Counted from the whole stretch's first letter, positions 12,440-25,070 are shown. The stretch is DNA of 58,362 nt, filler included, from Dugesia japonica (GCA_001938525.1; 4 parts of 4 records of this genome joined end to end with filler, not necessarily neighbours in it); one strand, 5' to 3'. Notes: generated by a model from the sequence alone, not told the origin. Numbers and translations are program-made.

Positions 12440-13110
12440 AGATTAACTTCCAACTTAATCAGACTTGATAAATAGAAATAACAATTAATTATTTTCGCAT
12501 TAGGATATGATTGTGCCATTTGACTATCAAAAATTTTTCACTGTCACCTATGATTTATTCTAATTTAAAATTAATTTCGAATATACTAAAATACTAAAAG
12601 TGAAAAATCAGGATCACAGACCTTGTCAATGTGCCAATATTTTACATTTTCAATTGTATTTAGAATACTTTTATAAGTAAATATCGACATCATACTAGCT
12701 TGATCAACGCAAAATATAACCTTATTGGCATTATCTTTTAAATCTTTCAACTTATTCATAGTATCTTGCATATAAATCAACGGTTTCTCATTTTTATTGT
12801 AAGGCCTGCATTTTTAAATTTATTGTAAAGATGATTTGCTTCAGTAGACAGACCTTTAATTTCAAGAGACTTTTAATTAATCTGGGTATTTTTTACCAGC
12901 ATTATAGGATTCTTTTATAACCTCATCAACTTTTTGAATAATCGTATTTTTCTGAGGACCAGAACATTCATGAGTAATCGAATAATTTCTTTCTTAAGTA
13001 ACATTTCCACTTGAATCTACTATCTTTCTTAATTTTTTTTATACAATTCTTATTCAAAGATTATTATCCAAATACCATGTTCTGCTTGTTATTTTAAAAC
13101 CATGACAAAA
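12440..13110 (-). mobile_element. Mutator (MULE, FLYWCH-type) transposase remnant
   Basis: Broken frames contain KWKC..., YWHID-KVCDPDFSLL (cf. W.xDGTFKVCP..F.QL) and GDSEK...AQSYPNAKIINCYFYLS (cf. DFE.A..NA...FP...I.GC.FH). Confidence 0.7.
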
Positions 13111-13345
13111 AATACTATTTTAAAAATTTTAATTGAAAAGTTTTATTTAAACAATTAGCTGAAAAGGTTACTTATCCAAAATAACGAGACAACTCACATA
13201 ACTAAGTAACAACTTTTAGTTTATGCATGAGTAAAAATTATATTGAAGTATGTTTAAAATATTTTCCAGTTTCAATTTGATCAATCAAGTATGTTGCAGT
13301 GGCACAGCATTTTAGTATATATCTGTTTTTATTTTCAGTCGGAAA

Positions 13346-13507
13346 ATGTCGAATACGAAAAATAATCAACGTATTAACATTAAATTCCTTGTGAAACTTA
13401 AAAGTCAACAGAAGTGACTTGCCAAATGTTATCTGAAGCTTATAGTAAGGAATGCTTATCTCGCATACGTGTCTTTGAATGGCACAAAAGAATTTCAGAA
13501 GGCAGAT
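13346..13507 (+). pseudogene. Mariner transposase N-terminal HTH fragment
   Basis: MSNTKNNQRINIKFLVKLK, then after a frameshift TCQMLSEAYSKECLSRIRVFEWHKRISEGR. Confidence 0.8.
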
Positions 13508-14107
13508 TATCAGAAATTGATGTATATCTTTAAAGTTGAAACTTCTTAGTTTGTCGCTATCTATATAAAAGAAACTGAACTTAAACAGTTTTTATTGTAT
13601 TATAATTATTCTACATGTATTTTTTACATTTTTTAATTTACTGAATGATCTTTCTCCGAAATAATTAGACATTTTCTAAATATTGTTTCCACGTTTGAAA
13701 AGATCGATTCCAATTTATAGTTGTATAGTTAATATCTATATATGAACTGACTTTTTTAAATTACTCTATTTATTTAGTTTTTCATTCAAGTTAAAGAAAT
13801 GAGATCCTTTGCTGTAGCCACTTAAGCTTATTGGTAAAAGTGAGACTGTTTAAAATTACCAATATTTGACCTTAAAATAACCTTAATATACTTTTCATTA
13901 TAATATATCTAAAATAATTTTTGTGCAAAAATATCGTAAATGAAATTTTATTCCTCCAATATTTAAAACACTTTGCAATAAAGTCACTCTAATTAATTTG
14001 AAAACAAAAAATACATGTTTAAAGTTACTTATAAATTTTATAAGTACAACTAATTCTGTTTTTATGCGATTCAAAGATACGCGGTAACTCTGGTAAAAAG
14101 AATTAGG

Positions 14108-14109
14108 TA

Positions 14110-14180
<71 letters not shown>
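14108..14180. repeat. (ATCT)n tetranucleotide microsatellite
   Basis: Directly visible; runs into a gap. Confidence 0.95.
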
Positions 14181-15136
14181 NNNNNNNNNNNNNNNNNNNN
14201 NNNNNNNNNNNNNNNNNNNNNNNNNNNNNNNNNNNNNNNNNNNNNNNNNNNNNNNNNNNNNNNNNNNNNNNNNNNNNNNNNNNNNNNNNNNNNNNNNNNN
14301 NNNNNNNNNNNNNNNNNNNNNNNNNNNNNNNNNNNNNNNNNNNNNNNNNNNNNNNNNNNNNNNNNNNNNNNGTATAAGAGTGTCGTAGATTCTTCGCATC
14401 ACATGATTTAGTGATTATTTCTATAAATGTGTTATAACAAGTACCGACAAAGTTTTTCTCATGAAAATTGTTTTAAATAAAAAATATTTAAACCACGTAA
14501 AAACAAAGTGCAATATTTGTTCTGGAATAATGTAAAACTAAATTAGCGAAAACACAGAATTAAGTGTAATTTCAAACACGTATATTTTAATACCGAAAAA
14601 AACGGGATTGTCTTTATCATTTCCGGTTTCGGTATTTCCGGGATGGGAAACCCTAGGTTTCATTCATTCTAATAAACAAAATTCAAATTACTAACTATTC
14701 ATATCATTCAATTTAAAATAAAATGACATTTGTTGTTTTAATGTAAACTCTACTCATAAATAGTTTTTATTTATTTTGTTTTTGTAAAAAAATTTATTTA
14801 TTTAGTTTCACTAAATTGATGAATTCTATTGACGAAAGTGAAAGCTATTTGAAGGTTATTGGCAAACAATTGAAAATAGAAAAATACATTTATAACTTGC
14901 CTGAAGGTTGTTTTTAGAAATTTATCATTTTTATGCATTAATATAAAGCTATATAACAGGGGTGCATTGACCTTTTTAGGTTTGTTAACTTGATTAAAAT
15001 CCGAATACAAATCCATACATTTATTAATTAAAAATCATATCTAATCCGAAAAACTGAATATTAAAACAACGATATTAAACATTAATTTAAAATAATTTAT
15101 TTTAATTCTGATTTTCAATTTTAAATAATATCTCAT

Positions 15137-17773
15137 ATCCCCCCCGAAAAAATTACTTTAACTTTCCCACATTTCTTTCTATTCGTCTCCCATCATCTCT
15201 CTTCAATAAGTGTCTTCGGTCATGTACTTTTTTACTATCTGGTAAGGGCCCTCAAAACGTTCCTGGTCTTTGTTCCGGTTTTCTAGCACTTCCTCTCCAT
15301 CTTTGAAAGTTCTTTTGGTTGTCGTCTTTGGTGCCGTCTTCTCAGCTACTTGTTGGTTCCAGTTTTTCCTTGCTATTTTTCCCAACATAAATTCTGCTGG
15401 GCAAAATAACAAATTCTATTTCTGGCAGTAATTCAGCCCAATCTGTACTCTTTCTGTCTTCTAATGTTGCATTTGACAAATCCTGTACTGTCCTGAACTA
15501 TCTCTCAATTTGCCCATTCGTATTATGGTGATACGGGCCCGAAAAACATAATTCTACGTTCTATCTATTGGAAAATTCGCCCATTGCCTAAGATTCGAAA
15601 GACCGTCCACAGTTCACGTGAATGCGTATTTGGCAACCAAACTTGAGCAGCCAATTATGCAAAATGACTTTCTGGATTGTGTTCTCATCGTGCTTGCGGA
15701 TTGCTACCAAACCATGTACTTGCTACATTGGTCTATTATTCCGAGGATATACTTCATCTGTCTCGTCGTCTCCTTGAATGGACCACATATGTCTACATAT
15801 ATAATTGTGAAGATCATTGTGGCTCGTACTTTCGCGGTTTCTTCTTTGGCTTTTACAGTCAAGACTTTGTGTTTCTAACACGCCTGGCACGCGCTTATAA
15901 TTTATTTGATCTTTGTCTTCAGATTCTTTATTTTATATCTGTCCCTCATATACTGGAACATCATTTCCGGACCCACGTGTGTAAGTAGTCTATGCGTCTT
16001 CTGAATAGCCTCCTCGGCTTCTTTCCTTGACATTCCTTTTGTCTCGCTATCTAGACCTTTCTCTATTCCATTCAGCCTCCGCGTTCTAGGTTTCTCCAGT
16101 TTAGCTTTTTCGTGTTGGGTTTGGTATTGTACGCAAGTCTCGCATTCTGGTCTTGACACCATGTCCGCATTACTGTGTAGTTCCCCCTTTCGATATTTGA
16201 TACTCATGTCCAGGCTACTAAGGAAATTTAACCAATTTCAAAACTGCGCTTTGATCGGTTTCTTCGTAGATAACATGAACGATAGTGCCTTGTAGTCTGT
16301 GTGTAGCCGAAATTTCCTACCGTATAAATAATAATTAAAATGTTTACGAAAGTAAAATATGGCTAGAAGTTCCTTCCTTGTCACGCAATAGCCTCTTTCA
16401 TGATTGCTCAATCAATGTGACCAGTATGCTATCACCCTTTCTCTGCCGTTGACATTTTTCTGCGATAACACTGCTCCTATTGCGCCAAAACTGGCGTCTG
16501 TATCGAGGATAAAATCTTTTGTAAGGTCCGGGAATCTCAAAATTGAGCTTTTAGTAAGCGCCATTTTTAAATTCTCGAATGCTTCCTCTGCCGTTTGATT
16601 CCAGTCTAGTTTCTTGTCAGTCCTTCCACACATCCTTTCTAAAATTCCTGCTTTCTCCGCGTATTCTTCTATGAATTTGCGGTATTAATTGCAAATCCCT
16701 AAAAAGCTCCTTATGTTTTTGACTCATTTAAGCTTATTATAATTTTTGATAGCATCTATTTTCCCCGGATCCATGTATATTCCTTCCTTNNNNNNNNNNN
16801 NNNNNNNNNNNNNNNNNNNNNNNNNNNNNNNNNNNNNNNNNNTCTATCGTCTCCAGTTTACTATTATTAGCGCATCTCAGTTTTTCCTCACAATTTTTAG
16901 TCTCTATGTCTTTCAACTTCTTTGCTATATTCCAACTCATCACATTTATTGGGGCTCCTGTATCTCAAAGGCACTCCAAAACCTGTCCAGCCATCTTAAC
17001 TGTGACGCTGGGTCTCCCTTTGCATTTTGTCGTAGTGTATTATTGCCCCTGACACGTCTCCAATTACTCCTATCGCATCGTCATCTCTTTTTTTCTCTGT
17101 CCCAAAGCTTTCTCTTTTCAAAAATTTATATACCTTCTCTGCCACTTCCTGATCCAATTCAACTCTCTCGTTCTCTTGGGGTATCATAGTCACAGTACTT
17201 AGTTAATGGCTCCGACTATCTCATTCATTCTTGCCGTTTTAATAAAAACCGCAAGCGTTGTGGTTTTAAAATTTCTCACAATTGNNNNNNNNNNNNNNNN
17301 NNNNNNNNNNNNNNNNNNNNNNNNNNNNNNNNNNCTATCGTCTCCAGTTTACTATTATTAGCGCATCTCAGTTTTTCCTCACAATTTTTAGTCTCTATGT
17401 CTTTCAACCTCTTTGCTATATTCCAACTCATCACATTTATTGGGGCTCCTGTATCTCAAAGGCACTCCAAAACCTGTCTAGTTATCTTAACTGTGACGCT
17501 GGGTCTTCCCTGCATTTTGTCGTAGTGTTTTATCGCCCCTGACACGTCTTCAATTACTCTTATCGCATCGTCATCTCTTTTTTTCTCTGTCCCAAAGCTT
17601 TCTCTTTTCAAAAATTTATATACGTTCTCTGCCACTTCCTGATCCAATTCACCTCTCTCGTTCTCTTGGGGTATCATAGTCACAGTACTTAGTTAATGGC
17701 TCCGACTATCTCATTGATTCTTGCCGTTTTAATAAAAACCGCAAGCGTTGTGGTTTTAAAATTTCTCACAATT
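15137..17773 (-). mobile_element. Ty3/Gypsy LTR retrotransposon, decayed
   Basis: Protease region, RT connection/RNase H (LRFPDLTKDFILDTDASFGAIGAVLSQ...VIAYWS; YRKGELHSNADMVSR), integrase (H.GP..M; GPYHH.TNGQIER; EGPYQIV). Polypurine tract GGGGGG(G)A next to the LTR start at about 15137-15145. Confidence 0.9.
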
Positions 17774-18311
17774 AAACATTGCATTTACGCTGTATAAATT
17801 TTCAAATGAAAAATTTTTATTAAACAGTTTATACTAAACATTTGCATTTAAAAACTTTTTCAATTAAAAATTTTTTAAAATCTCTACAATTAAATTTTAC
17901 ATTTACATTTATAAACTTATGCTAATAAACATTGTTTTTAATTAAAACCTTTACAATTAAAATTTTGAAAAATTTAAAAATTTACGCTTTTTTAAAAATA
18001 TCTAAAAGGTTTATTCAACGATAACAAATATTAATCACGTGAAGGAACACACCGAGTATGAATGTACAAATTGACTCAAATATGAAGTTAATAATATATA
18101 AGCTAATATTTATATATTTTAAAAATCTTTTAAATGTTAATTTTGAATTATTAAGTGATTTATCTGATTTTGTTTCTTTTAATTAGCCCTAAATGAACCA
18201 TCGGTACCAAATATTGTAATTAACAATAAAGGTAATTTTTTTATATACTGTTTTCATTAAATTCATTTATTAGATAATCAAACGAAACTTTCAAATATGA
18301 AATCTAGTCAA

Positions 18312-18327
18312 GTAATAATAATAATAA

Positions 18328-18384
<57 letters not shown>
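18312..18384. repeat. (AAT)n microsatellite
   Basis: Directly visible. Confidence 0.95.
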
Positions 18385-18911
18385 NNNNNNNNNNNNNNNN
18401 NNNNNNNNNNNNNNNNNNNNNNNNNNNNNNNNNNNNNNNNNNNNNNNNNNNNNNNNNNNNNNNNNNNNNNNNNNNNNNNNNNNNNNNNNNNNNNNNNNNN
18501 NNNNNNNNNNNNNNNNNNNNNNNNNNNNNNNNNNNNNNNNNNNNCATATTAAATAAAGGTGGTGGACAATTTTGGTAGAAAATTGGATTATTTTTAAATA
18601 TTAGAAATTCAATCCCAAACCTTCTTTGTTAATGAAAATTAAATGTTGTTATAGAACCAATGAAATTTCGATGTGGCTAAATCATGTTATTGTTGATCTA
18701 AAGAGTATGAAAAATTATCTTAATAACATCTTATTTGATAATCCATTTTATTGGATATCTTTCATGTGTAATTGAGTTGTAGGTGTTTACGAATGAATTA
18801 TAATGTAATAATATAATAATTTAAGTAATAATAAAAAAATGTTTTTTAAATATCTATTTTTATATTTTTTTAGTTAACCTTTGGGAAATTTTTATTTGAA
18901 TTGTTATTTAG

Positions 18912-19097
18912 AATAATGTGATGGCAGAACCATCTGCTGATGTACAGAAAATAGAAATTTCTAACATACTGAAGGAAGAAGAAATTGAATTACAAAAAGT
19001 TTTATTTAGAAACAAGGCTTATGCTATGGTAATAAATGTTATAAGAAAATTGCTGAATGAACTGGACGAAATTTTTATTTCAAATAATAATAAATGA
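18912..19097 (+). CDS. Candidate terminal exon of an unidentified gene (possibly the 10.7-11.1 kb chain)
   Basis: A TTATTTAG acceptor is followed by the open frame NNVMAEPSADVQKIEISNILKEEEIELQKVLFRNKAYAMVINVIRKLLNELDEIFISNNNK-stop. An exon-like segment at about 18605-18704 (KFNPKPSLLMKIKCCYRTNEISMWLNHVIVDLK) does not join it cleanly in phase. Confidence 0.35.
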   Translation, partial: NNVMAEPSADVQKIEISNILKEEEIELQKVLFRNKAYAMVINVIRKLLNELDEIFISNNNK

Positions 19098-21740
19098 TGT
19101 TATTTGATTTACTAATATGTTTACTTTCATGATTTTATTTTTATAAATTTTTCGTTATTTTTAAATTAGACGAACTTTCAATTGGCAAGGAGATACAAAT
19201 TTGATTAATATTGTAAAATAAATAAAAGATTAAGCACAAATGAAACAAAATAAAAAATTTAAAAAATCAAAAAAAATTAATTTACATATAAGTGTAAGAT
19301 TAGATTGATTGCAGATTTAAATTTTTTTTGAAATTTCCTCTTTGATTTATTCAAATTTTAAAAATAAATTTACTCAATATTATTTGAAAATAAATTAAAT
19401 TAAATTGATACAAAAAATTGTTATAAAATATACTTTGGATTTTAAAATACTTTTTTATTTTTATTCATAAAATCAATAGTAAATTAAAAATTTTATTGCA
19501 ATATTTGATTTTAAAATCAGAAATCCTCAATTTTAGTAATTATAGAAATTTNTCCTGAACGCTGATGTTATTTGGTTCTTTTTAATTTGTTGGAGAAAAG
19601 CAAATATAATTCTGTCTCATTTATTAAATTAATAAATTTATGGATATTAAAAATCATTTAAATTCTCAGATTTACTTAAAAATATAAACAGAATTTTTCC
19701 CCAAAAAAGTGCTGTTAAGAATTGGAAAAGTTATAATGATACATGATAAGACCTGGCAAATGGGAAGAATGGAGCAGAATTTCACATCACAGTTTCATAA
19801 ATGTTTATCTTACGATCCTCTTATTAAGTCATTTCACATTATCAAACTAGAATAACATCTTTCATCTAATCAAAAATATATGATTCTTTAACGGTTTCTG
19901 TGATTTAAGTAGTTTAAAGTTAATCAAACTGTAAATTATTCTCCAAACACACACAAACCTTAATTCCATAAATACTGGAGCTTGGATATTTTCGGTGCCT
20001 TAACTTTAAAAATATATTGCTTTTTTACTATTAGTTAACCAATGATATGGGAACTATAAATTCAACAAATTCAAACCATTCAACAACTAACCAATATTTG
20101 AGGACAGTTAATTCGTATTAGTTAAATTATCAATAGCATACGTTTCCATAATAAATTTATTTAATATTGCAAAATTGAGTTGAATTATTTCAAAAGTTAA
20201 AAAGATGAATATTCAAACCAAATAACTAGGTAGATAGTAGCGCATAAGAACATCCCTCAACACAGACAAAGTATTCTAAGAATTCGGTATTTGGAAAATT
20301 CCTGCAATTTGATTAGTATATATTTTTCAGTAGAAATAAATTTTGATTTCGAATTTTATTAGTCAAAAATCGGGATTGGAAGTTTTGAATTTTAGTTCAA
20401 GTATTTCTAGGTTGAAATTAATTGTATAGTTTCGCATTTAGTACCATTCAACTCAAAATAAAAGGTTTTTAAAATATTGTCTAAAGGAGTATTATCACAA
20501 CATATTTCATTCTCACTGAAGAGATGTAGCGCATCGAAACATTTTTAATAATAATAATAGTTATAGTTATAATTATAAAAAATAATAATTATACTTAGTA
20601 CAGTTTGGTACCATTGGAATCAGAATCAAAAACTCTTTATGTATTATTGCCCTTTATGATCTGAAAATAAAGTCAGGGCTCCTTTAAAAATCTAGAATCC
20701 TTTTATCGGCTGTGACATAAAATTTGANNNNNNNNNNNNNNNNNNNNNNNNNNNNNNNNNNNNNNNNNNNNNNNNNNNNNAAAAAATACATATGACAACT
20801 TTTACTTAAAAAACCCTAATTAGAATAGAACCTTGCAGTTTTACTTGCATGATTTATCAGTATTCCAATTTATGATTAATGATTTTACAAAACTATTAAA
20901 ATCATTTTAGTAAATAATTTTAAAAATATATTAAAAAAATAAAATATATAGTGTGATATATTTTAATTTTTTAGAGTTTATAATAAAAAATTCAAGGCTC
21001 CCTTAAAAATTCTTCGTGACCTCCTATTAAGAATCACTTGTCTAAAGGATTACTATCGAAAAACGCTTCTTCTCATAGTCCCTACCCGTCTCGACGGCAA
21101 GAGGTTCTAAGATTTTAATGTTAAGAAAACTCCTGCAATTTGATTGGCTTAAAATTTTCATATGTCAAAATATTTGAAAATAAATTCTTTGAGATTATTA
21201 AAATGAAGATCCTTTGCTCCTAAAGTTCTTTAATTATTCAATAATAATATAATATAACCTATTNNNNNNNNNNNNNNNNNNNNNNNNNNNNNNNNNNNNN
21301 NNNNNTATTTTAACCACCTGTTAATTAGACATTTGATTAAATATTATTTTAATTTTTTGAAATCTAAGTTTCATCATATGAAAAGTATTTCGTTTTTAAT
21401 TATTTTCTTTTTACTTCACCTTTAAAACATTTATTCAAATGAAAAGCTTAACAATATGTAAATCAGAGTTTAAATTTAAAATGTTTGATTACATTGTAAA
21501 TCTGACATGAATTCCTTAAAATTAATAATAAAAGATTAAATAGACATTATTTTTTTGTAGAATAATTTAATAAACGTTTACAAAGAAATGTTTTCAAAAT
21601 AATTAATATCTTAATGGAAATGAATTTTCATATTAGAAAATATTATGAGTTGTTTTAATTAGTTAATTTAAGCAATATTTTAGAATCAGAATTTTGAATT
21701 ATTAATATTTTTTGTCGAAAAAATGAATCAAATTTAATTT

Positions 21741-22413
21741 ATGCTTAAATTAGCAGCAAAACAATACCTCAGTTCTCTCGGAGATCGATATTTTGTTCCT
21801 GTAATTTTTAAATCATTTATTCCGAAATTTATATAGTGACATATTAGAATCCAAACTATGCAGAATGGGCCGATGTTGATTGTTTAGATATTGCCATAAA
21901 ACGGAAATCAGAATATCCTTGGCAAAAAGACATTTATTCATACGATCATTTTTCGTTGAACGATTTATTGGATTCTCCTTTGACAACTGATAAATCTATT
22001 TATTTAAAAAATCCAGAACCATTAACATCAAATTTTGTTTGGACTTCCAAGCATAATATTAAAGGAAAACTAGGTGGAAAACTTGCATCTATAATATCAC
22101 TCGATTTATCTGCAAATGATATTATTTCCATAACTTTTCACATGGAAAATGTTGTCAAACAGTCAATTAACTTTCCAGCTGTTATACAATTGTTGAAAAC
22201 AAAGTTATTCTTTTCAATTTTTTAAGTACAATCAGTTAAGTTAATTAATTAAGGAAAATCGATGTTAATTGTAAATATTTCAAAGGTTTATTGCGTAATA
22301 AAAAAAAGAAACTTTGCTTGGTGACGCAATATATTTATTTGACGAAGCAAACCGAAATAAAAATTGATATTGTTTGGGATCTTAATCAAACCGGATCTAA
22401 ATCACAACTCAAG
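21741..22413 (+). CDS. Gasdermin (GSDME/pejvakin-like) N-terminal pore-forming domain, first three coding exons (3' partial)
   Basis: Exons 21741-21800, 21848-22203 and 22254-22413 are joined in frame by GT..AG introns of 47 and 50 nt, and a donor AAG|GTATAA follows. The 192-aa product is MLKLAAKQYLSSLGDRYFVPNPNYAEWADVDCLDIAIKRKSEYPWQKDIYSYDHFSLNDLL...VVKQSINFPAVIQLLKTKKIDVNCKYFKGLLRNKKKKLCLVTQYIYLTKQTEI.... It is colinear with GSDME/PJVK motifs MFxxATxxFxxxxG, LxLVxKKK..WQ..Y....TL.D.L, KQEVD, I.L...LCV.TQ.I. Confidence 0.85.
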
Positions 22414-22461
22414 GTATAAAAAAAATTATAAAATATTATTTTAATTTTACAGTATAAAAAG

Positions 22462-22500
<39 letters not shown>

Positions 22501-22550
22501 NNNNNNNNNNNNNNNNNNNNNNNNNNNNNNNNNNNNNNNNNNNNNNNNNN

Positions 22551-24970
22551 ATAATAGCGATAATAGCGATGGAAGAATTTGGAGTGTGGTTAAAGTGAAT
22601 GGTAGAGGTGTGGAGATGTTATGGGACACAAGAACATTGATTTCAGTAATGGATATGAATGCTTGGAAAAGATGTGGTTCGTTTCCATTGGAAAATTCAG
22701 AGATAAAATTGAGTGAAGCATTTTTGAAGGAAGCCGTTAAATGCTTAGGCGTCGGAAAAGTGAAAATTGAGTACCATAATATGAACGAAACTGTCAATTT
22801 AGTGGTAGTACAGAGTATAAGCCCAGAATTCATTGGTGGAATAAACCTGTTCAATGTTTTTAATATTCAATTAAAAATGATTGGATTAATCAACTCAGAT
22901 AATGTAATGTGTGATGTTTCTGATGAGGATCGTTTAAGAGTCACTATGGACGGTTTCAAACCAAGAGATGACATCTTGAAAAAATTGTTAACGCGTTTCA
23001 ACTCGATATTCATGGCGCATACGTTTGATCTTGGTAAAACACACCTAGTTAAGCATCCTATCCAAACAACGGGAAATCCTGTCTTACAACAGTTAAGGCC
23101 ACAACCGATGCATCGAGAAGGCAAGATTGATGAGATGATTAAAACACTTGTCAAAAGCGGAATCATAAAAGAATGCAGTAGCCCCTGGAACTCACCTATG
23201 GTGATTTTTAACAAAAAGAATGGAGCTATTCGTATGTGTCAGAATTTCAAATTATTGAATGAAGCAACTGATAAGTTTTCGTTTCTTATGCCAGATCCTC
23301 AAATGTTATTCGATCATCTTAGTGAGTGTACAATATTCTCAACACTAGATATAGGCCAAGCGTATTATCAAGTCGAACTTCTAGTCTTAAAGTAAATCCA
23401 GCCAAATGTAAACTTTATCAAGAAGAGCTCGTGTTTTTTGGATTAAAACCAAATTCGGAGAAAGTCAAGGAGATTNTTAATGCTGGAATTCCAAAATTTA
23501 CTAAACAATTGCGATCTTTTTTTGGAATTGCAAATTATTACAGGAAATTTATAAAGAATTTTTCGCAACTTGCCATACCTTTATATGCTGCTACAGAAGG
23601 TCAAAAGCGAGACGAGTTTCTGGAAAATCAAGAAGCTCTTTTTAATTCTCCAGTATTGGGGTATCCTAATTCAGAAGGTCAATTTATTCTGGAATTGGTG
23701 CTGTACTGAGTCAATCACAAAATGGTATGGAAGTCGTTATACCATATCGATCAAGGTTGTTGAATGCACATGAAAAAGGAAATTGTGTGACCAGGAAAAG
23801 GTTATTGGCTCTTTATGAATTTATTTGACATTTTCGGCATTATCTTTATGGGAAAAGTTTTGTCACAAGAACAGATCACAAAGCTTTAGAGTTTATAAAG
23901 AATTCAAAAAATCGATTACGCCACAGTTTCAGACTTGGATGAACAAATTATCAGAATATGATTTCGTATTGAAGTATAGAAAAGAGGAACATCATTCCAA
24001 CGCTGATGGTATGTCAAGACTGATGTCTAGTTATTGTTCACAATGCCAGATTAAACATGAAAATGCCAAGTCTAAATCGTCTAAGGTAAAATATTTAAAT
24101 GTTATGAACGTTTCCAGAAGTGATTCGCACAATTACATAAAGGAATTTGAAGAAGACGAATTATTTAAGGAAATCAAAATTCATTTGATGGACAAATCTG
24201 TTAAATTATCANAAACGTTAAATCTTCCCAGTATTTTAAATATTTGAATAGGTTTTTAATTAAAGACGATATGCTGCTAATTGAGTCAGATGATGAGCAA
24301 AAGATAGTGGTTCCTAAAAGATGCGTAACTAATTTTGTGAACAAAATTCATNNNNNNNNNNNNNNNNNNNNNNNNNNNNNNNNNNNNNNNNNNNNNNNNN
24401 NNNNNNNNNNNNNNNNNNNNNNNNNNNNNNNNNNNNNNNNNNNNNNNNNNNNNNNNNNNNNNTATACACAGAAAGGTTAGTAATGAGAAAGTTAAGGAAA
24501 AACTTATACCAAAATACGCAGCTAACCCGATGGAACAAATCGTGATAGATGTTGCATATATGGATAACAGTAATTCGAACAAAAAATACATGATAGTCAC
24601 AATTGATCAATTCAGTAAGTTAGTTAGTCTTATTGCAACCACAAATCAAAACGATAACACAATCAAAAGTGTATTGTTAAATAACTGGATTTACAAATAT
24701 GGAAAACCTAAACGTATTGTTTCTGATCGAGGAAGAGTATTTAAAGGAAAGGTTTTACAAGAGTTGGCTTCAAGATTTCATATTTCGTGGATATTTACAT
24801 CTCCCATGAGCATAAGTCAAAAGGTTTAGCAGAGCGCGCAATTAGAACTGTTAGAGATATGATAGTAACATCTTTGAAATCTGGAGGAGAGGAGAAGTAT
24901 TGGGATGAAATCTTTCCAAAAGTTGAGTTTTCATTTAATTGCACGATATCAAAGGCGACAGAATTCTCTC
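22551..24970 (+). mobile_element. Ty3/Gypsy LTR retrotransposon pol, decayed, downstream of the gasdermin exon-3 donor
   Basis: Protease (LWDT), RT (SSPWNSPMV..KKNGAIRMC..F..LN; FSTLDIGQAYYQV), connection (LRSFFGIANYYRKFI), RNase H (HSNADGMSRL), integrase (IDQFSK; IVSDRGR; GLAERAIRTV). Multiple frameshifts. Confidence 0.93.
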
Positions 24971-25070
24971 NNNNNNNNNNNNNNNNNNNNNNNNNNNNNN
25001 NNNNNNNNNNNNNNTTAATTAATTAANNNNNNNNNNNNNNNNNNNNNNNNNNNNNNNNNNNNNNNNNNNN
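24971..25070. other. Artificial scaffold-joining linker
   Basis: N44-TTAATTAATTAA(25015-25026)-N44. Confidence 0.95.

Noticed and set aside
16843-17773. ~440-bp near-identical tandem duplication within the Gypsy element
   Set aside because: Both copies begin at the same point right after a gap and differ by only a few substitutions; most likely a haplotype or repeat assembly artefact.
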